In this document: in pieces, positions 41,070 to 50,838 of the stretch
Position numbering within the stretch: the stretch's first letter is position 1
How the letters are laid out: every line of letters begins with the position of its first letter
NCBI GenBank assembly: GCA_963848135.1
Contig: CAWKCK010000005.1
Coordinates: forward strand, 62,001-126,000
DNA: 64,000 bases
Direction of reading: 5' to 3'
DNA from: an uncultured delta proteobacterium
GTDB taxonomy: Bacteria; Desulfobacterota; Desulfobacteria; Desulfobacterales; SG8-13
Notes under the pieces: generated by a model
The model's database searches: none
Told to the model about the DNA's origin: nothing
What the model saw: only the letters and a program-made list of their open reading frames with translations
Position numbers and translations under genes: made by a program

Positions 41070-42920
41070 TCAAGCGGCCTTGATGGTTTTCATTCGTATT
41101 GCCCGATGCCTGTGGCGCTGCGGGGCCGAGAGTTCGGCCTTTCTCAAGCGTACCGCCTTAGGGGTAACCTCCACCAATTCATCTTCACGAATGAAACTGA
41201 TGGCCTGTTCCAGCGTCAGGGATTTAATGGGTGAAAGGATAACGTTCTCGTCTTTCCCGGCCGCCCGCATGTTCGACAGCTTTTTCTCCTTACAGGGGTT
41301 GACGTCGATATCTTCACTGCGGTTGTGCTCGCCGACAATCATTCCTTCATAGACCGGTTCGCCCGGTAAAACAAAGAGCCGGCCTCTTGGTTCCAGGTTG
41401 AACAGCGCATAGGGTACGGCATTGCCTCTGCGATCGGCCACGATCGATCCGCTGAATCGACTGGGGCAATCTCCCCTGAAAACATCGTAGCCATCAAATA
41501 GGGCATGCATGATTCCGGTACCGCGGGTGTCAGTCAGAAACTCGTCGCGGTATCCGATCAAGGCACGGGAGGGTACCGAAAATTCGATTCGCACACGGCC
41601 TTTTCCGTTGTTGACGAGCTTGATCATCCGGCCTTTGCGAAGTGATAGTTTTTCCGTCACCACGCCGAGAAAGCGGTCCTCACAATCGACCAGGAGCCGT
41701 TCGATGGGCTCCAGCTTTGACCCGTTCTTGTTTCGGTAGATAACCTCGGGTCGGCCTACGCAGAATTCATAGCCTTCCCGACGCATGGTCTCAATCAGAA
41801 TTGCCAACTGGAATTCTCCACGGCCTTTGACCATGGTGCTGTCCCTGTCCGGTCCCTTTTCCACCTGAATGGCCACGTTGCTCAAGGCTTCTTTCAACAG
41901 GCGGTCACGGATCCGCCCCGCCTGGACGTATTTTCCATCACTGCCGCCAAGGGGTGAATTGTTGATCGTAAACTTCATGGATACCGTGGGTTCGTCGACG
42001 CTTATGCGCGGTAGCGCCTGCGGGGCTTCCCGGGTGCATATGGTATCTCCGATATTAACGTCATCGATGCCGGCCAGTACCACGATATCGCCGGGTTGAA
42101 CCTCATTGTTGACATCCCGGAGTTTCATGCCCTCGTATACCTGAAGCTTTGACACCTTCAACGGAATATCGGCGCCGGACGCACCGATGCACACCAGGCT
42201 GTCTCTCGATTGGGCCGTGCCGTTGGCTATTTTCCCGACGGCCAAACGCCCCAGATAGTCGGAATATCCGAGATCAGATACCAGCATTTGAAATGGTGCC
42301 TGGGGATCGTAAGACGGTGCAGGAATTTTTTCGAGGATCGTGTCCAGCAGGACATACAAATTATCGGCGTGATCATCCAAGGTTCTCTGGGCAATCCCGT
42401 CCCGACCGACAGCGTATAGCAGTGGAAATTCGAGTTGCTCGTCGGTGGCGTTCAGATCGATCATAAGATCGTAAATTTCGTCCAGCACCGCATCAGGCCG
42501 TGCGTCCTGGCGGTCGATCTTATTGATAACCACGATGATTCTCAGGTCAGCCTCGAGCGCTTTTTTCAGAACAAAGCGGGTCTGGGGTAGCGGTCCTTCG
42601 GAGGCATCGACAAGAAGAATCGCCCCGTCGGCCATGGACAGGGCCCGCTCCACCTCCCCGCCAAAGTCCGCGTGGCCGGGGGTATCGACGATGTTGATCC
42701 GAACCCCTTTCCACAAAACCGAACAATTCTTGGCAGCAATGGTGATACCACGCTCCCTCTCCAGATCCATGGTATCCATGAGGCGTTCATCGGTTTCCTG
42801 GTTTTCTCTGAAAAGGCCGCTTTGGCGGAAGATAGCATCCACGAGGGTGGTTTTACCGTGGTCGACGTGAGCAATGATGGCAATGTTTCTCAAACTTTCG
42901 TTTGCAAGTGTTTGCGGCAT
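41070..42920 (-). CDS. typA: Translational GTPase TypA/BipA
   Basis: [36 protein letters not shown]. Confidence 0.97.
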   Translation of the reverse strand: MPQTLANESLRNIAIIAHVDHGKTTLVDAIFRQSGLFRENQETDERLMDTMDLERERGITIAAKNCSVLWKGVRINIVDTPGHADFGGEVERALSMADGAILLVDASEGPLPQTRFVLKKALEADLRIIVVINKIDRQDARPDAVLDEIYDLMIDLNATDEQLEFPLLYAVGRDGIAQRTLDDHADNLYVLLDTILEKIPAPSYDPQAPFQMLVSDLGYSDYLGRLAVGKIANGTAQSRDSLVCIGASGADIPLKVSKLQVYEGMKLRDVNNEVQPGDIVVLAGIDDVNIGDTICTREAPQALPRISVDEPTVSMKFTINNSPLGGSDGKYVQAGRIRDRLLKEALSNVAIQVEKGPDRDSTMVKGRGEFQLAILIETMRREGYEFCVGRPEVIYRNKNGSKLEPIERLLVDCEDRFLGVVTEKLSLRKGRMIKLVNNGKGRVRIEFSVPSRALIGYRDEFLTDTRGTGIMHALFDGYDVFRGDCPSRFSGSIVADRRGNAVPYALFNLEPRGRLFVLPGEPVYEGMIVGEHNRSEDIDVNPCKEKKLSNMRAAGKDENVILSPIKSLTLEQAISFIREDELVEVTPKAVRLRKAELSAPQRHRHRAIRMKTIKAA

Positions 42921-43071
42921 ATGGATTGAGCTCCGGTACTTTAAAGAAATAAATTATCCCCGCCGCAAGCAGCGGGGATAATTTAATTTCGAATTGCGGT
43001 ATAATTTTTGTCTTCAGAATGTTCCGGGTTGGTAACAGACGCCAGAGAGATGATGGTCGAAGTGGCGCGGG

Positions 43072-43272
43072 TCAAAGGGCCTTCACGTTCGAAGCCTTTT
43101 CCCCACGCGGGGTTGTTAGGACCTCAAAAGACACGCGATCGGATTTTCGAAGGCCGAAATGCCCCTCGAAGGTTACGTTTGATTTGTGAAAAAAAATTTC
43201 TTTCCCGTCGTCGGACTCAATGAAACCGTATCCCTTGTCCTCACTGTACCATTTGATTCTACCTTCTGGCAT
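43072..43272 (-). CDS. Cold-shock domain protein
   Basis: KWYSEDKGYGFI, IFFH. Confidence 0.92.
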   Translation of the reverse strand: MPEGRIKWYSEDKGYGFIESDDGKEIFFHKSNVTFEGHFGLRKSDRVSFEVLTTPRGEKASNVKAL

Positions 43273-43734
43273 ATTGAGACCCTTTCTTACAAATAAAAAT
43301 GTACATATTTCAGGAGATCATCATGGGGCGAAATTAGTAGAATAGCTCATCAAGATGTGACAAAAAAGTCCCCCAAAAGTCCCAACATGTACACAGGAAA
43401 AATGAGCAAATACAATCTGAAATTATTCAAAGATCCGATGAATGATCCAATCCCGGCAACCGATTGCAAAATTCCCGCGTCCCGTGAATCCTCAATATAT
43501 TATCCATGGTTTGCGGCATGTCAATTTCTTTACCGTCTGAAGATTATTGTATATCCGAACGTTGTCTCAATGTCAAACAGCCGCTTGCGGCCGCCCGGGG
43601 TAACCAGCTGATTCCTGCCAATTATGTCCTTGACACAGAGGCAGGCGATCTGTACGAAATTCAATCAACGGAAACTAACTATTGTCCATCCGCGAAAAAT
43701 AGATGGTACGATTGAGTGCCCAATTCACAGCTTA

Positions 43735-43835
43735 ACCCAAGTTGAGCGATTTTCAAGTTTGCCGCAGGTACAAGGAAAATATCGTTCCGCTATAGTGAAC
43801 TATGCGGGACGTCATTTGACGCTGAAATTGCGGAA
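43735..43835 (+). repeat. Diverged partial copy of family A
   Basis: ACCCAAGTTGAGCGATTTTCAAGTTTGCCGCAGGTACAAGGAAAATATCGTTCCGCTATAGTGAACTATGCGGGACG. Confidence 0.8.
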
Positions 43836-43981
43836 AATGAAGGAATTGAACGTGTAGCTAACTCATGTTTATGCCCCAGAGGCGATTCCACCAACTTGTA
43901 TGCCTCAGGCGGGGGTGACTTCGAAATTGCGAAAAGGGCCATTTATGGACGGATACTAATACCAGCCCCCAGGAGTCCCAA

Positions 43982-46804
43982 ATGCTTAACGAACCTTACG
44001 CTTCGCTGCACCGCCGGCTTGCCGATGTCATCCCGGCAGCCAAATTGATCTCTGACCCCCTGCGAACTTTGGCATACGGCACGGATGCCAGTTTTTATCG
44101 CCTCACCCCCAAACTCATCGTTAAGGTCGAAAACGAAGCCGAAACGATTGCAACCCTCGCGGCCTGTCGCGCCCTAAAAATCGCCGCCACTTTCCGCGCG
44201 GCGGGGACCAGCCTTTCCGGTCAGGCACTGAGCGATTCGGTTCTGATTGTTCTCGGTCCCGATGGCTGGCGCCATTGCCGCATCAGCCCGAACCGCGACA
44301 GCATAACGCTCGGGCCGGGAATCCTGGGTGCCGAAGCCAACCGCGCACTGTCCCCATACGAAAAAAAGATCGGACCTGACCCGGCATCCATAAATTCTGC
44401 CAAGATCGGCGGCATCGTTTCCAACAATGCCTGTGGGATGGCCAGCGGTGTGGCCGGCAACAGTATGGGGACCGTTTCGGGTATGCGCATCATTTTCACG
44501 GACGGTACAGTCTTGGACACACGGGATGAAAACAGCCGCAAGGCTTTCCTTAAAAATCGCCGCAAATTGGTCGGGCAAATCACCGCTCTGTCGCAGAGGA
44601 TCAAATCTGAACCGGAAACAGTCGCCCGGATCCGACGGAAATACCAGATAAAGAATACCACCGGTTACAGCGTCAATGCGCTGATCGACTTCGATGATCC
44701 GATTGATATCATTCAGCACCTTATCATCGGTTCGGAAGGGACTTTGGGGTTTATTTCCGAAGTCACCTTCCGCACCCTGGACGAACCGGCGCATAAAGCT
44801 ACCAGCCTGATGCTCTTTCCGGATATCGCAAGAGCCTGCGAGGCGGTCTGGCTGTTAAAAGATTGCCAGGTGAGTGCTGCCGAACTTATGGACCGTGAGG
44901 CGCTCCGTTCGGTCGAGGACAAGCCCGGGATGCCGCCCTACATGAAAACGCTTGGCGAATCAGTGACGGCGCTTCTGGTTGAAACCGCCGCCGCCGGACC
45001 CGACGCGTTGCAGCGACAGATCGAAGACATCCGGAAACGATTCGACCGATTTGCCATGGACCGCGAATTCGCGTTCTCGACCGACCCCGACCAGGCGGCA
45101 GCCCTGTGGAACATCCGTAAAGGCCTGTTCCCGTCGGCCTGCATCGGACGCAAAAAAGGCACGACGGTTATCATCGAAGACATCGCCGTTCCGATCGAAC
45201 ACTTGCGGAACTGCCTGCTTGAACTGCAGGACCTTTTCAAGAAGTACGCCTATGAGGACACGATTATCTGGGGCCACGTATTCGACGGCAATGTCCACTT
45301 TGTACTGGCAATCGATTTCGAGGACCCCGGAGAAGTAACGAAATACAAAGCCTTCATGGATGAGATCGTCGAACTGGTGGTGGACCAATACGACGGATCG
45401 TTAAAGGCCGAACACGGCACCGGCAGGAACATGGCCCCATTCGTCAGGCGTGAATGGGGTGATCGGATTTACGCGGCCATGCAGGAGATCAAGAAGATCT
45501 TCGATCCGGATAACATGCTCAATCCCGGTGTCATTATCAATGCTGACCCCGAGGCGCACATCAAAAATTTCAAACCGATGCCCGTCGCTCACGACCTGGT
45601 CGATACCTGCATCGAATGTGGCTTCTGTGAACGCAACTGCATGTCCCACGATTTTACCTTGTCAGCGCGTCAGCGCATTGTCATTTACCGGGAGATGGCA
45701 CGGTTGAAACGGTCGGGGAAGGATGGCGAAAGGCTGTCGCAGCTGAGGCGGTCTTTCGACTATTACGGTGACCGAACCTGCGCTGCGGACGGGCTGTGCG
45801 CCCTCACCTGTCCGGTGGAGATCGATACGGGAGCCCTCGTCAAGGCGTTCAGACAGGACCATCTGACCCCATCAGCCAACCGGATTGGGACCATCCTGGC
45901 CGACCGAATGCTCCTGCTTACGGCCGTGGGCCGGTTCGGCCTCGGCCTGACCGACAAGCTCCATTCTCTTATCGGGACCGCGAGGATGACAAAAATAGCG
46001 GCGGCTGCCCGGCGTCTTTCCCGGGACCGGCTCCCCCTCTGGACGGCGGCCATGCCGAAAGCGGCCGCAAAAACGGCACCCCGGCCGGTGGTTCGAAAAG
46101 GGCGCGATAAAATCGTTTATTTTCCGGCCTGTATCAACCGGACAATGGGTCCTGCAAGGTCTGGGGAAGCGCAGTCGCTGCCCCGCATTACAGAAAACCT
46201 GCTGCGGAAAGCCGGTTACGAGGCCATCTATCCCGAACAGATGAATGGGCTATGCTGCGGTATGCCGTTTGCCAGTAATGGGATGTCCACCACCGCATCG
46301 AAAAAAGCGTCGGAACTCGGCCGGGCCCTGATGAGCGCATCGGATAACGGGCGCATACCGATCCTCTGCGACATGAGCCCCTGCCTCTACCATATGAAAC
46401 AAACCCAGGACAACCGACTGCATTTATACGACCCGGTTCGCTTTGCCCTGACGCATCTGGTCGATCGGCTTGTTTTTGAAAAATTACCCGAAACCATCGC
46501 CATTCACTCTGTCTGTAGTGCCAAGAAAATGGGGCTTGAAGCCGATTTCAAGCAATTGGCTGAGATGTGTGCCGCCAAGGTGATCGTGCCGGATATCACC
46601 TGCTGCGGTTTTGCCGGCGACAAGGGTTTTACGGTGCCGGAATTGAATGCCTTCGGTCTGCGACGACTCAAAGAACAGCTTCCGACAGAAGTGAAAGGGG
46701 GATACGCCACCAGCCGAACGTGCGAAATCGGGCTGAGTTCGCACAGCGGTATAGATTATCGGTCGATCTTCTACCTGGTGGATCGCTGCACCCGCCCCGT
46801 ATGA
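43982..46804 (+). CDS. FAD/Fe-S D-lactate dehydrogenase (Dld-II-like)
   Basis: YGTDASFY, RAAGTSLSGQ, GSEGTLG, KAEHGTG, CIECGFCE..C, CCG domains. Confidence 0.9.
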   Translation: MLNEPYASLHRRLADVIPAAKLISDPLRTLAYGTDASFYRLTPKLIVKVENEAETIATLAACRALKIAATFRAAGTSLSGQALSDSVLIVLGPDGWRHCRISPNRDSITLGPGILGAEANRALSPYEKKIGPDPASINSAKIGGIVSNNACGMASGVAGNSMGTVSGMRIIFTDGTVLDTRDENSRKAFLKNRRKLVGQITALSQRIKSEPETVARIRRKYQIKNTTGYSVNALIDFDDPIDIIQHLIIGSEGTLGFISEVTFRTLDEPAHKATSLMLFPDIARACEAVWLLKDCQVSAAELMDREALRSVEDKPGMPPYMKTLGESVTALLVETAAAGPDALQRQIEDIRKRFDRFAMDREFAFSTDPDQAAALWNIRKGLFPSACIGRKKGTTVIIEDIAVPIEHLRNCLLELQDLFKKYAYEDTIIWGHVFDGNVHFVLAIDFEDPGEVTKYKAFMDEIVELVVDQYDGSLKAEHGTGRNMAPFVRREWGDRIYAAMQEIKKIFDPDNMLNPGVIINADPEAHIKNFKPMPVAHDLVDTCIECGFCERNCMSHDFTLSARQRIVIYREMARLKRSGKDGERLSQLRRSFDYYGDRTCAADGLCALTCPVEIDTGALVKAFRQDHLTPSANRIGTILADRMLLLTAVGRFGLGLTDKLHSLIGTARMTKIAAAARRLSRDRLPLWTAAMPKAAAKTAPRPVVRKGRDKIVYFPACINRTMGPARSGEAQSLPRITENLLRKAGYEAIYPEQMNGLCCGMPFASNGMSTTASKKASELGRALMSASDNGRIPILCDMSPCLYHMKQTQDNRLHLYDPVRFALTHLVDRLVFEKLPETIAIHSVCSAKKMGLEADFKQLAEMCAAKVIVPDITCCGFAGDKGFTVPELNAFGLRRLKEQLPTEVKGGYATSRTCEIGLSSHSGIDYRSIFYLVDRCTRPV

Positions 46805-46850
46805 TGGCAGGAGTATTCGGCAGCCGCCCCGGAGTTGGAGACATAATAAT

Positions 46851-47043
46851 ACCTAAAATGAGCGTTTCAAATTTTAAATTTAAAATTTGAAACGCATCGG
46901 GATTACCGATCTTTATCCGCCTCTTGAGGGTTGCCGCATCTACGGTGTCATTTGCCGTCCCGCATAGCTGATCCCGCCGGCGGCGGGACGGAACGACATC
47001 TTCCTTGTATCTGCGGCAATCTCGACAATCGCTCAAATTAGGT
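46851..47043 (-). mobile_element. MITE-like repeat family A, copy 4 (inverted, two small internal changes, 193 bp)
   Basis: Reverse complement of the consensus with a 19-bp insert (46912-46930) and a GC hairpin replacing CTATAG (46972-46988). Confidence 0.9.
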
Positions 47044-47088
47044 AATACATTTAGCGACGCGTGGATGAACAATCGTTAGGTGCACCGA

Positions 47089-47796
47089 TCAGTGGATAAA
47101 ACCCTGTGCCAGGGAAAGCTCGTAATTCAGGGTGTACAGCATTTCGACAATGGCATACTGGAACTGGTGTCCCGGTAACATCACGGCGTTATCGTCGCGG
47201 TCTTCACTCGACCCCTTGAGCATAAAATCGAGACACTCGGGGCAGGTGACATTGTTATCGGCAAACAGGATAAGATTACCGTCAAATACATGCCTTCGAA
47301 AATTGTTTTCGTTGGCAAGGTGGTTGCAAACACGCCACGGTTTTGATTGAGCGGGTAATTGGCCGTACACCCTGCCGGGGGCGTCGATACGGCGGTTTAG
47401 ATTGTAAAACGGCTCAAAAATCTGCTGTTGCAATTCGTTGTTGGTCAAAGCGGATGACGCCAATTCCATTTTCAGAAAAGCCGGTTCGCCGTCCCTCATA
47501 TTTTCTTCGTTACAATCGTGACAGAAGACGTGACTGTCGAAAACCACGAAGTAGTGATGTTTGGTGTAGTAAGAAATAAATTTCTCGGGCGTATCGAGGT
47601 GATTGCAAATCAACCACGTTTTGATGCCGTCAGGATCACAACCGGATAACCGATTCTTCGTCCCTGTGTTAGAAACAATCAGGCTCTTTCCCGGGTCACA
47701 AAAAAATGGCCTGCCTGTCGGAAAGGCACCCGCAACAGGTGTATGACCATCCAGTTTTATGATGCAGTGAACCGATCGATCGACAAATGCACCCAT
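47089..47796 (-). CDS. Hypothetical protein with two CxH..CxxC repeats
   Basis: GGAGG RBS; WLICNHL..FCHDC..YNLN and WRVCNHL..TCPEC..YTLN. Confidence 0.75.
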   Translation of the reverse strand: MGAFVDRSVHCIIKLDGHTPVAGAFPTGRPFFCDPGKSLIVSNTGTKNRLSGCDPDGIKTWLICNHLDTPEKFISYYTKHHYFVVFDSHVFCHDCNEENMRDGEPAFLKMELASSALTNNELQQQIFEPFYNLNRRIDAPGRVYGQLPAQSKPWRVCNHLANENNFRRHVFDGNLILFADNNVTCPECLDFMLKGSSEDRDDNAVMLPGHQFQYAIVEMLYTLNYELSLAQGFIH

Positions 47797-47991
47797 TCAA
47801 CATCCTCCGCGTTCGTTTATGCCGATTCTCAAAAATAAATTCCGAAATATGGAATGGTGGTAGAAATGGTTGTAGAAAATAACGTTCGTGTAGCGGAACG
47901 TTATTTTGACAACCACACTATCGTCTGCCGGCAGCACCCTGATATTTGACGGGCCGGCTGGCGGCATTTTCCAGCCAATGGCACATGAACG

Positions 47992-48027
47992 AAAAAAGCC
48001 GGGCCACCTTGAAGAAGGCAACCCGGC
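47992..48027 (-). terminator. Riboswitch expression-platform terminator
   Basis: Minus strand GCCGGGTTGCCTT-CTTC-AAGGTGGCCCGGC-TTTTTT. Confidence 0.8.
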
Positions 48028-48042
48028 TTAGCGACTGGTTTC

Positions 48043-48117
48043 CCCAGGCAACCCGGCTGTCTTCTAAAGACCCGTGGCTTTCCGTCCTCCGATCGCTCGG
48101 AGTTTGGCTTTTCTGAC
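48043..48117 (-). ncRNA. c-di-GMP-I (GEMM) riboswitch aptamer
   Basis: Minus strand GAAAAGCCAAAC-TCCGA-GCGA-TCGGA-GGACGGAAAGCCACGGGTC...GACAGCCGGGTTGCC; GNRA-capped P2. Confidence 0.9.
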
Positions 48118-48177
48118 GGTTAAGTGTGGAGCTTATATTTTATCGAAACCCGGCGGATTTGTCAAAAAAACGATCGA

Positions 48178-48525
48178 TTAAAATCCCTGGGCGGCATCGC
48201 TGGACTGCTGGCTGATGTCCTCGACCCTGTCCTCGGGTGTCGACGCGGCCTCGGATTCGGTATCCTGGGTGCCGAGAAGATTGCCCTCCTCATCGATCAG
48301 CAGCGGTACCGCGAACCGGACATCGAACTCGATCTTATATGCGATCTGTCCGTCGTGGACAACGATGTCGCCATTTTTGAAATCCAGAGAATGGATATCT
48401 TTTACACCATAAAGATCGGCACATATTTCCCGGACGCGATCAAGATTGATGTTCGCTTTTAACCTATCGAACAATTCTTTTTTGGCAGTTGCAACAATGT
48501 CGTTACTGATCGTCACTTTGGCCAT
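48178..48525 (-). CDS. Acidic hypothetical protein, operonic with the ParA-like gene
   Basis: AAGGAGG RBS; 115 aa. Confidence 0.8.
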   Translation of the reverse strand: MAKVTISNDIVATAKKELFDRLKANINLDRVREICADLYGVKDIHSLDFKNGDIVVHDGQIAYKIEFDVRFAVPLLIDEEGNLLGTQDTESEAASTPEDRVEDISQQSSDAAQGF

Positions 48526-48548
48526 GCTGGGTTCCTCCTTCCATGTGA

Positions 48549-49319
48549 TTAAATGTTGAATTTGCGCTTCATGATCTCATCAGCCAGTGCAATGTAACTT
48601 TTGGCACCTACCGAGAAGATATCCTGAACAACTAACGGTCTTTCGTAAACCGGGGATTCCCGCAATTGCTCATTCCGCGGTATTTGCGTCTCGAAAACAC
48701 GCCCCCCCATGCGTCGACGGGCACTGCGGACAATCACGCGCGCGAGCCTGGCATCCTCTTCAACCATCGTGAAAAGAATCCCCGCCAACTGCAGGGGGAG
48801 TCGATAGGCATTCTTGACTGTGACCAGCATCTGCATGGTCTGTTTCAGACTGCGGTATGCAAGGTATTCGCACTGGATGGGAATCAATACACTGTCGGCG
48901 GCCGCCAACGCACTCAGGGTCAGCATACCGAAGGCGGCCGGCGTGTCGAGAATGATGTAATCGAAATACCAGCTGTCCTCCATCAAGAAGTTTTTTAACA
49001 TCCTCTCCGCACCGGGCGCCGTTGACAGATTGGCCGCCTGATGGGTGCGTCCGAACGGAGCCGGTATGACCTGCAGGTAGTAGACACAGCTCTGGGCCAT
49101 GATTTTGCTTAAAGACGCTCGCCCAAGCAATCCGTCTTCAAGGGTCAAGGCGATTTTTTTTTTATATATCCCCGAAATGGATGTCGCACTCCCCTGCGGG
49201 TCGCAGTCCACCAGCAAGGTCCGCTTGCCGGCGAGGGCCAGAGCTGCAGCCAGATTCACGGCGGTGATCGTTTTCCCGACACCACCCTTCTGGCTGACGA
49301 TAGAAATGGTTTCTCCCAT
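48549..49319 (-). CDS. Orphan ParA/Soj-family ATPase
   Basis: QKGGVGKT, DCDPQG, LDTP; no parB adjacent. Confidence 0.92.
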   Translation of the reverse strand: MGETISIVSQKGGVGKTITAVNLAAALALAGKRTLLVDCDPQGSATSISGIYKKKIALTLEDGLLGRASLSKIMAQSCVYYLQVIPAPFGRTHQAANLSTAPGAERMLKNFLMEDSWYFDYIILDTPAAFGMLTLSALAAADSVLIPIQCEYLAYRSLKQTMQMLVTVKNAYRLPLQLAGILFTMVEEDARLARVIVRSARRRMGGRVFETQIPRNEQLRESPVYERPLVVQDIFSVGAKSYIALADEIMKRKFNI

Positions 49320-49731
49320 AATCAGCTCAACGGACCGATTGACATCGACATTGACGGTATAAATCGAACGGGCGGCGGAGGGTAACGGATACCGTGTGTG
49401 CCACAGGGGTTACCCTTGCCGACTGGATGACGTGAGTGCTTCCCCAATCCTGCCTATAAAAGCCAATATATTTTGTATGTCAAGTATTAATTCATACAAT
49501 ATATTGTATTTACAACGCTATACATACCGGATAGCCCCACGTCCACCAGTCGTTAGCGATAAAAATAACATGCGGTTAGCGGTGACTTTTCTTTCGAATG
49601 TGAATCGAAAGCGTATCAAGAGCCTTGAAATCTTTTCAGATCCCCATTATAGAAGGTCCTTGAGGTTTTCTTCGTTCGAATATTGGAACGGCTTTTTAAC
49701 AGCCAATATAAAGGTAACAAGGAGAAGCTCC

Positions 49732-50562
49732 ATGCGCTGGAAACAGTTTTTCACTCCCGTTAAATCGATGGATGCCGTGCAGGCGAAAAATTACCTCGCG
49801 GATAAACCGTCCGATGCTTACACAATCCTGGATGTGAGACAGCCTGGAGAATACGAAACCGGCCACATCCCCGGGGCCAAACTGATCCCTTTACCGGATC
49901 TAAACGACAGGATGGCCGAAATCGACACCAGCAAACCGACGATCGTCTACTGAGCGTCAGGCGGACGCAGCCGGGTCGCTGCACAGATGTTGGCTGGAAA
50001 AGGATCTGGCGAAGTGTTTAACCTGTCCGGTGGCTTCAAAGCCTGGAAGAGTGACCGCGCCATCGGCCCGGAAGACCAGGGACTCGACCTATTTTCGGGC
50101 AAAGAGTCACCGGCGGAAGCGCTTATTGTCGCCTATTCCATGGAGGACGGATTGCGGGAGTACTACCTGACGATGATTCCCTGGGTAGCCAACCGGGAGG
50201 CCCGCGAGCTCTTTGAGAAACTTGCCGCCATCGAGGCCAAGCACCAGGCGCGAATTCTGGACGAATATCGAAACATAACCGGCACCGAAGTCGATCGCGA
50301 ACAATTTGTAGAAGCAAAAGTCGTTCCCGCGGTGGAAGGCGGACTGACCACCGAAGAATACGTACGCCTTTACAAGCCCGACCTGGAATCGGTGACGGAA
50401 ATCATCGGCCTGGCCATGGCCATAGAAGCCCAGGCGCTGGATCTCTACCAACGGGCGGCGGATAGAAGCGATAACGACGAAAGCAAAAAGGTTCTGATGC
50501 AGATTGCCGATGAGGAACACTCGCATCTGGCCCAACTCGGAAAGTTGTTCGAAAGCATCTAA
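49732..50562 (+). CDS. Rhodanese-rubrerythrin/ferritin-like fusion, selenoprotein (TGA 49951-49953)
   Basis: AAGGAG RBS; LDVRQPGEYETGHIPGA..IVY-TGA-ASGGRSRVAAQML in frame with the ExxH-bearing domain (EAKH, EHSH); 276 aa. Confidence 0.88.
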
Positions 50563-50822
50563 CCCGAATATTTCATGAAATCTTTTCACCGAGTAGAAAA
50601 AAAGGAAGCCATATCGGGGCATTGGTCAAATTTATGAACCGTATAAACCTGGGACACTTTGTACCTCCCCAAGATCTAATGAAAGAGCTGAAAAGATTTC
50701 ACCCTTCGAGTCAACCGGAGGCTCTCATAGCCGGCGTTATTCGAGGTTCGCGGTAGACTGACTACAGCATCACCTCGAAATGCCTTGGCCATAAAAGTCT
50801 CCAATTGATGAAATTTCCGGGA
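50562..50822. mobile_element. MITE family B, copy 2, with a 107-bp hairpin inserted in the right TIR
   Basis: TA-ACCCGAATATTTCATGAAATCTTTTCA ... GCTGAAAAGATTTC[insert]ATGAAATTTCCGGGA-TA; body aligns to 38238-38389. Confidence 0.82.
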
Positions 50823-50838
50823 TAACAGGCTGTTGACC

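Noticed and set aside
43680..43958. Possible third TA-flanked MITE enclosing the diverged family A copy
   Set aside because: Putative ends match at only 9 of 12 bases and there is no second copy in the window
48043..48117. 3',3'-cGAMP-sensing GEMM-Ib variant
   Set aside because: The position-20 equivalent is G, not A, by my alignment to Vc2
49379..49416. Hairpin AGGGTAAC..GTTACCCT upstream of parA
   Set aside because: No recognisable RNA motif or second copy to support a function
49396..49731. N-terminal extension of the rhodanese ORF
   Set aside because: AT-rich intergenic-like sequence; the RBS supports the start at 49732
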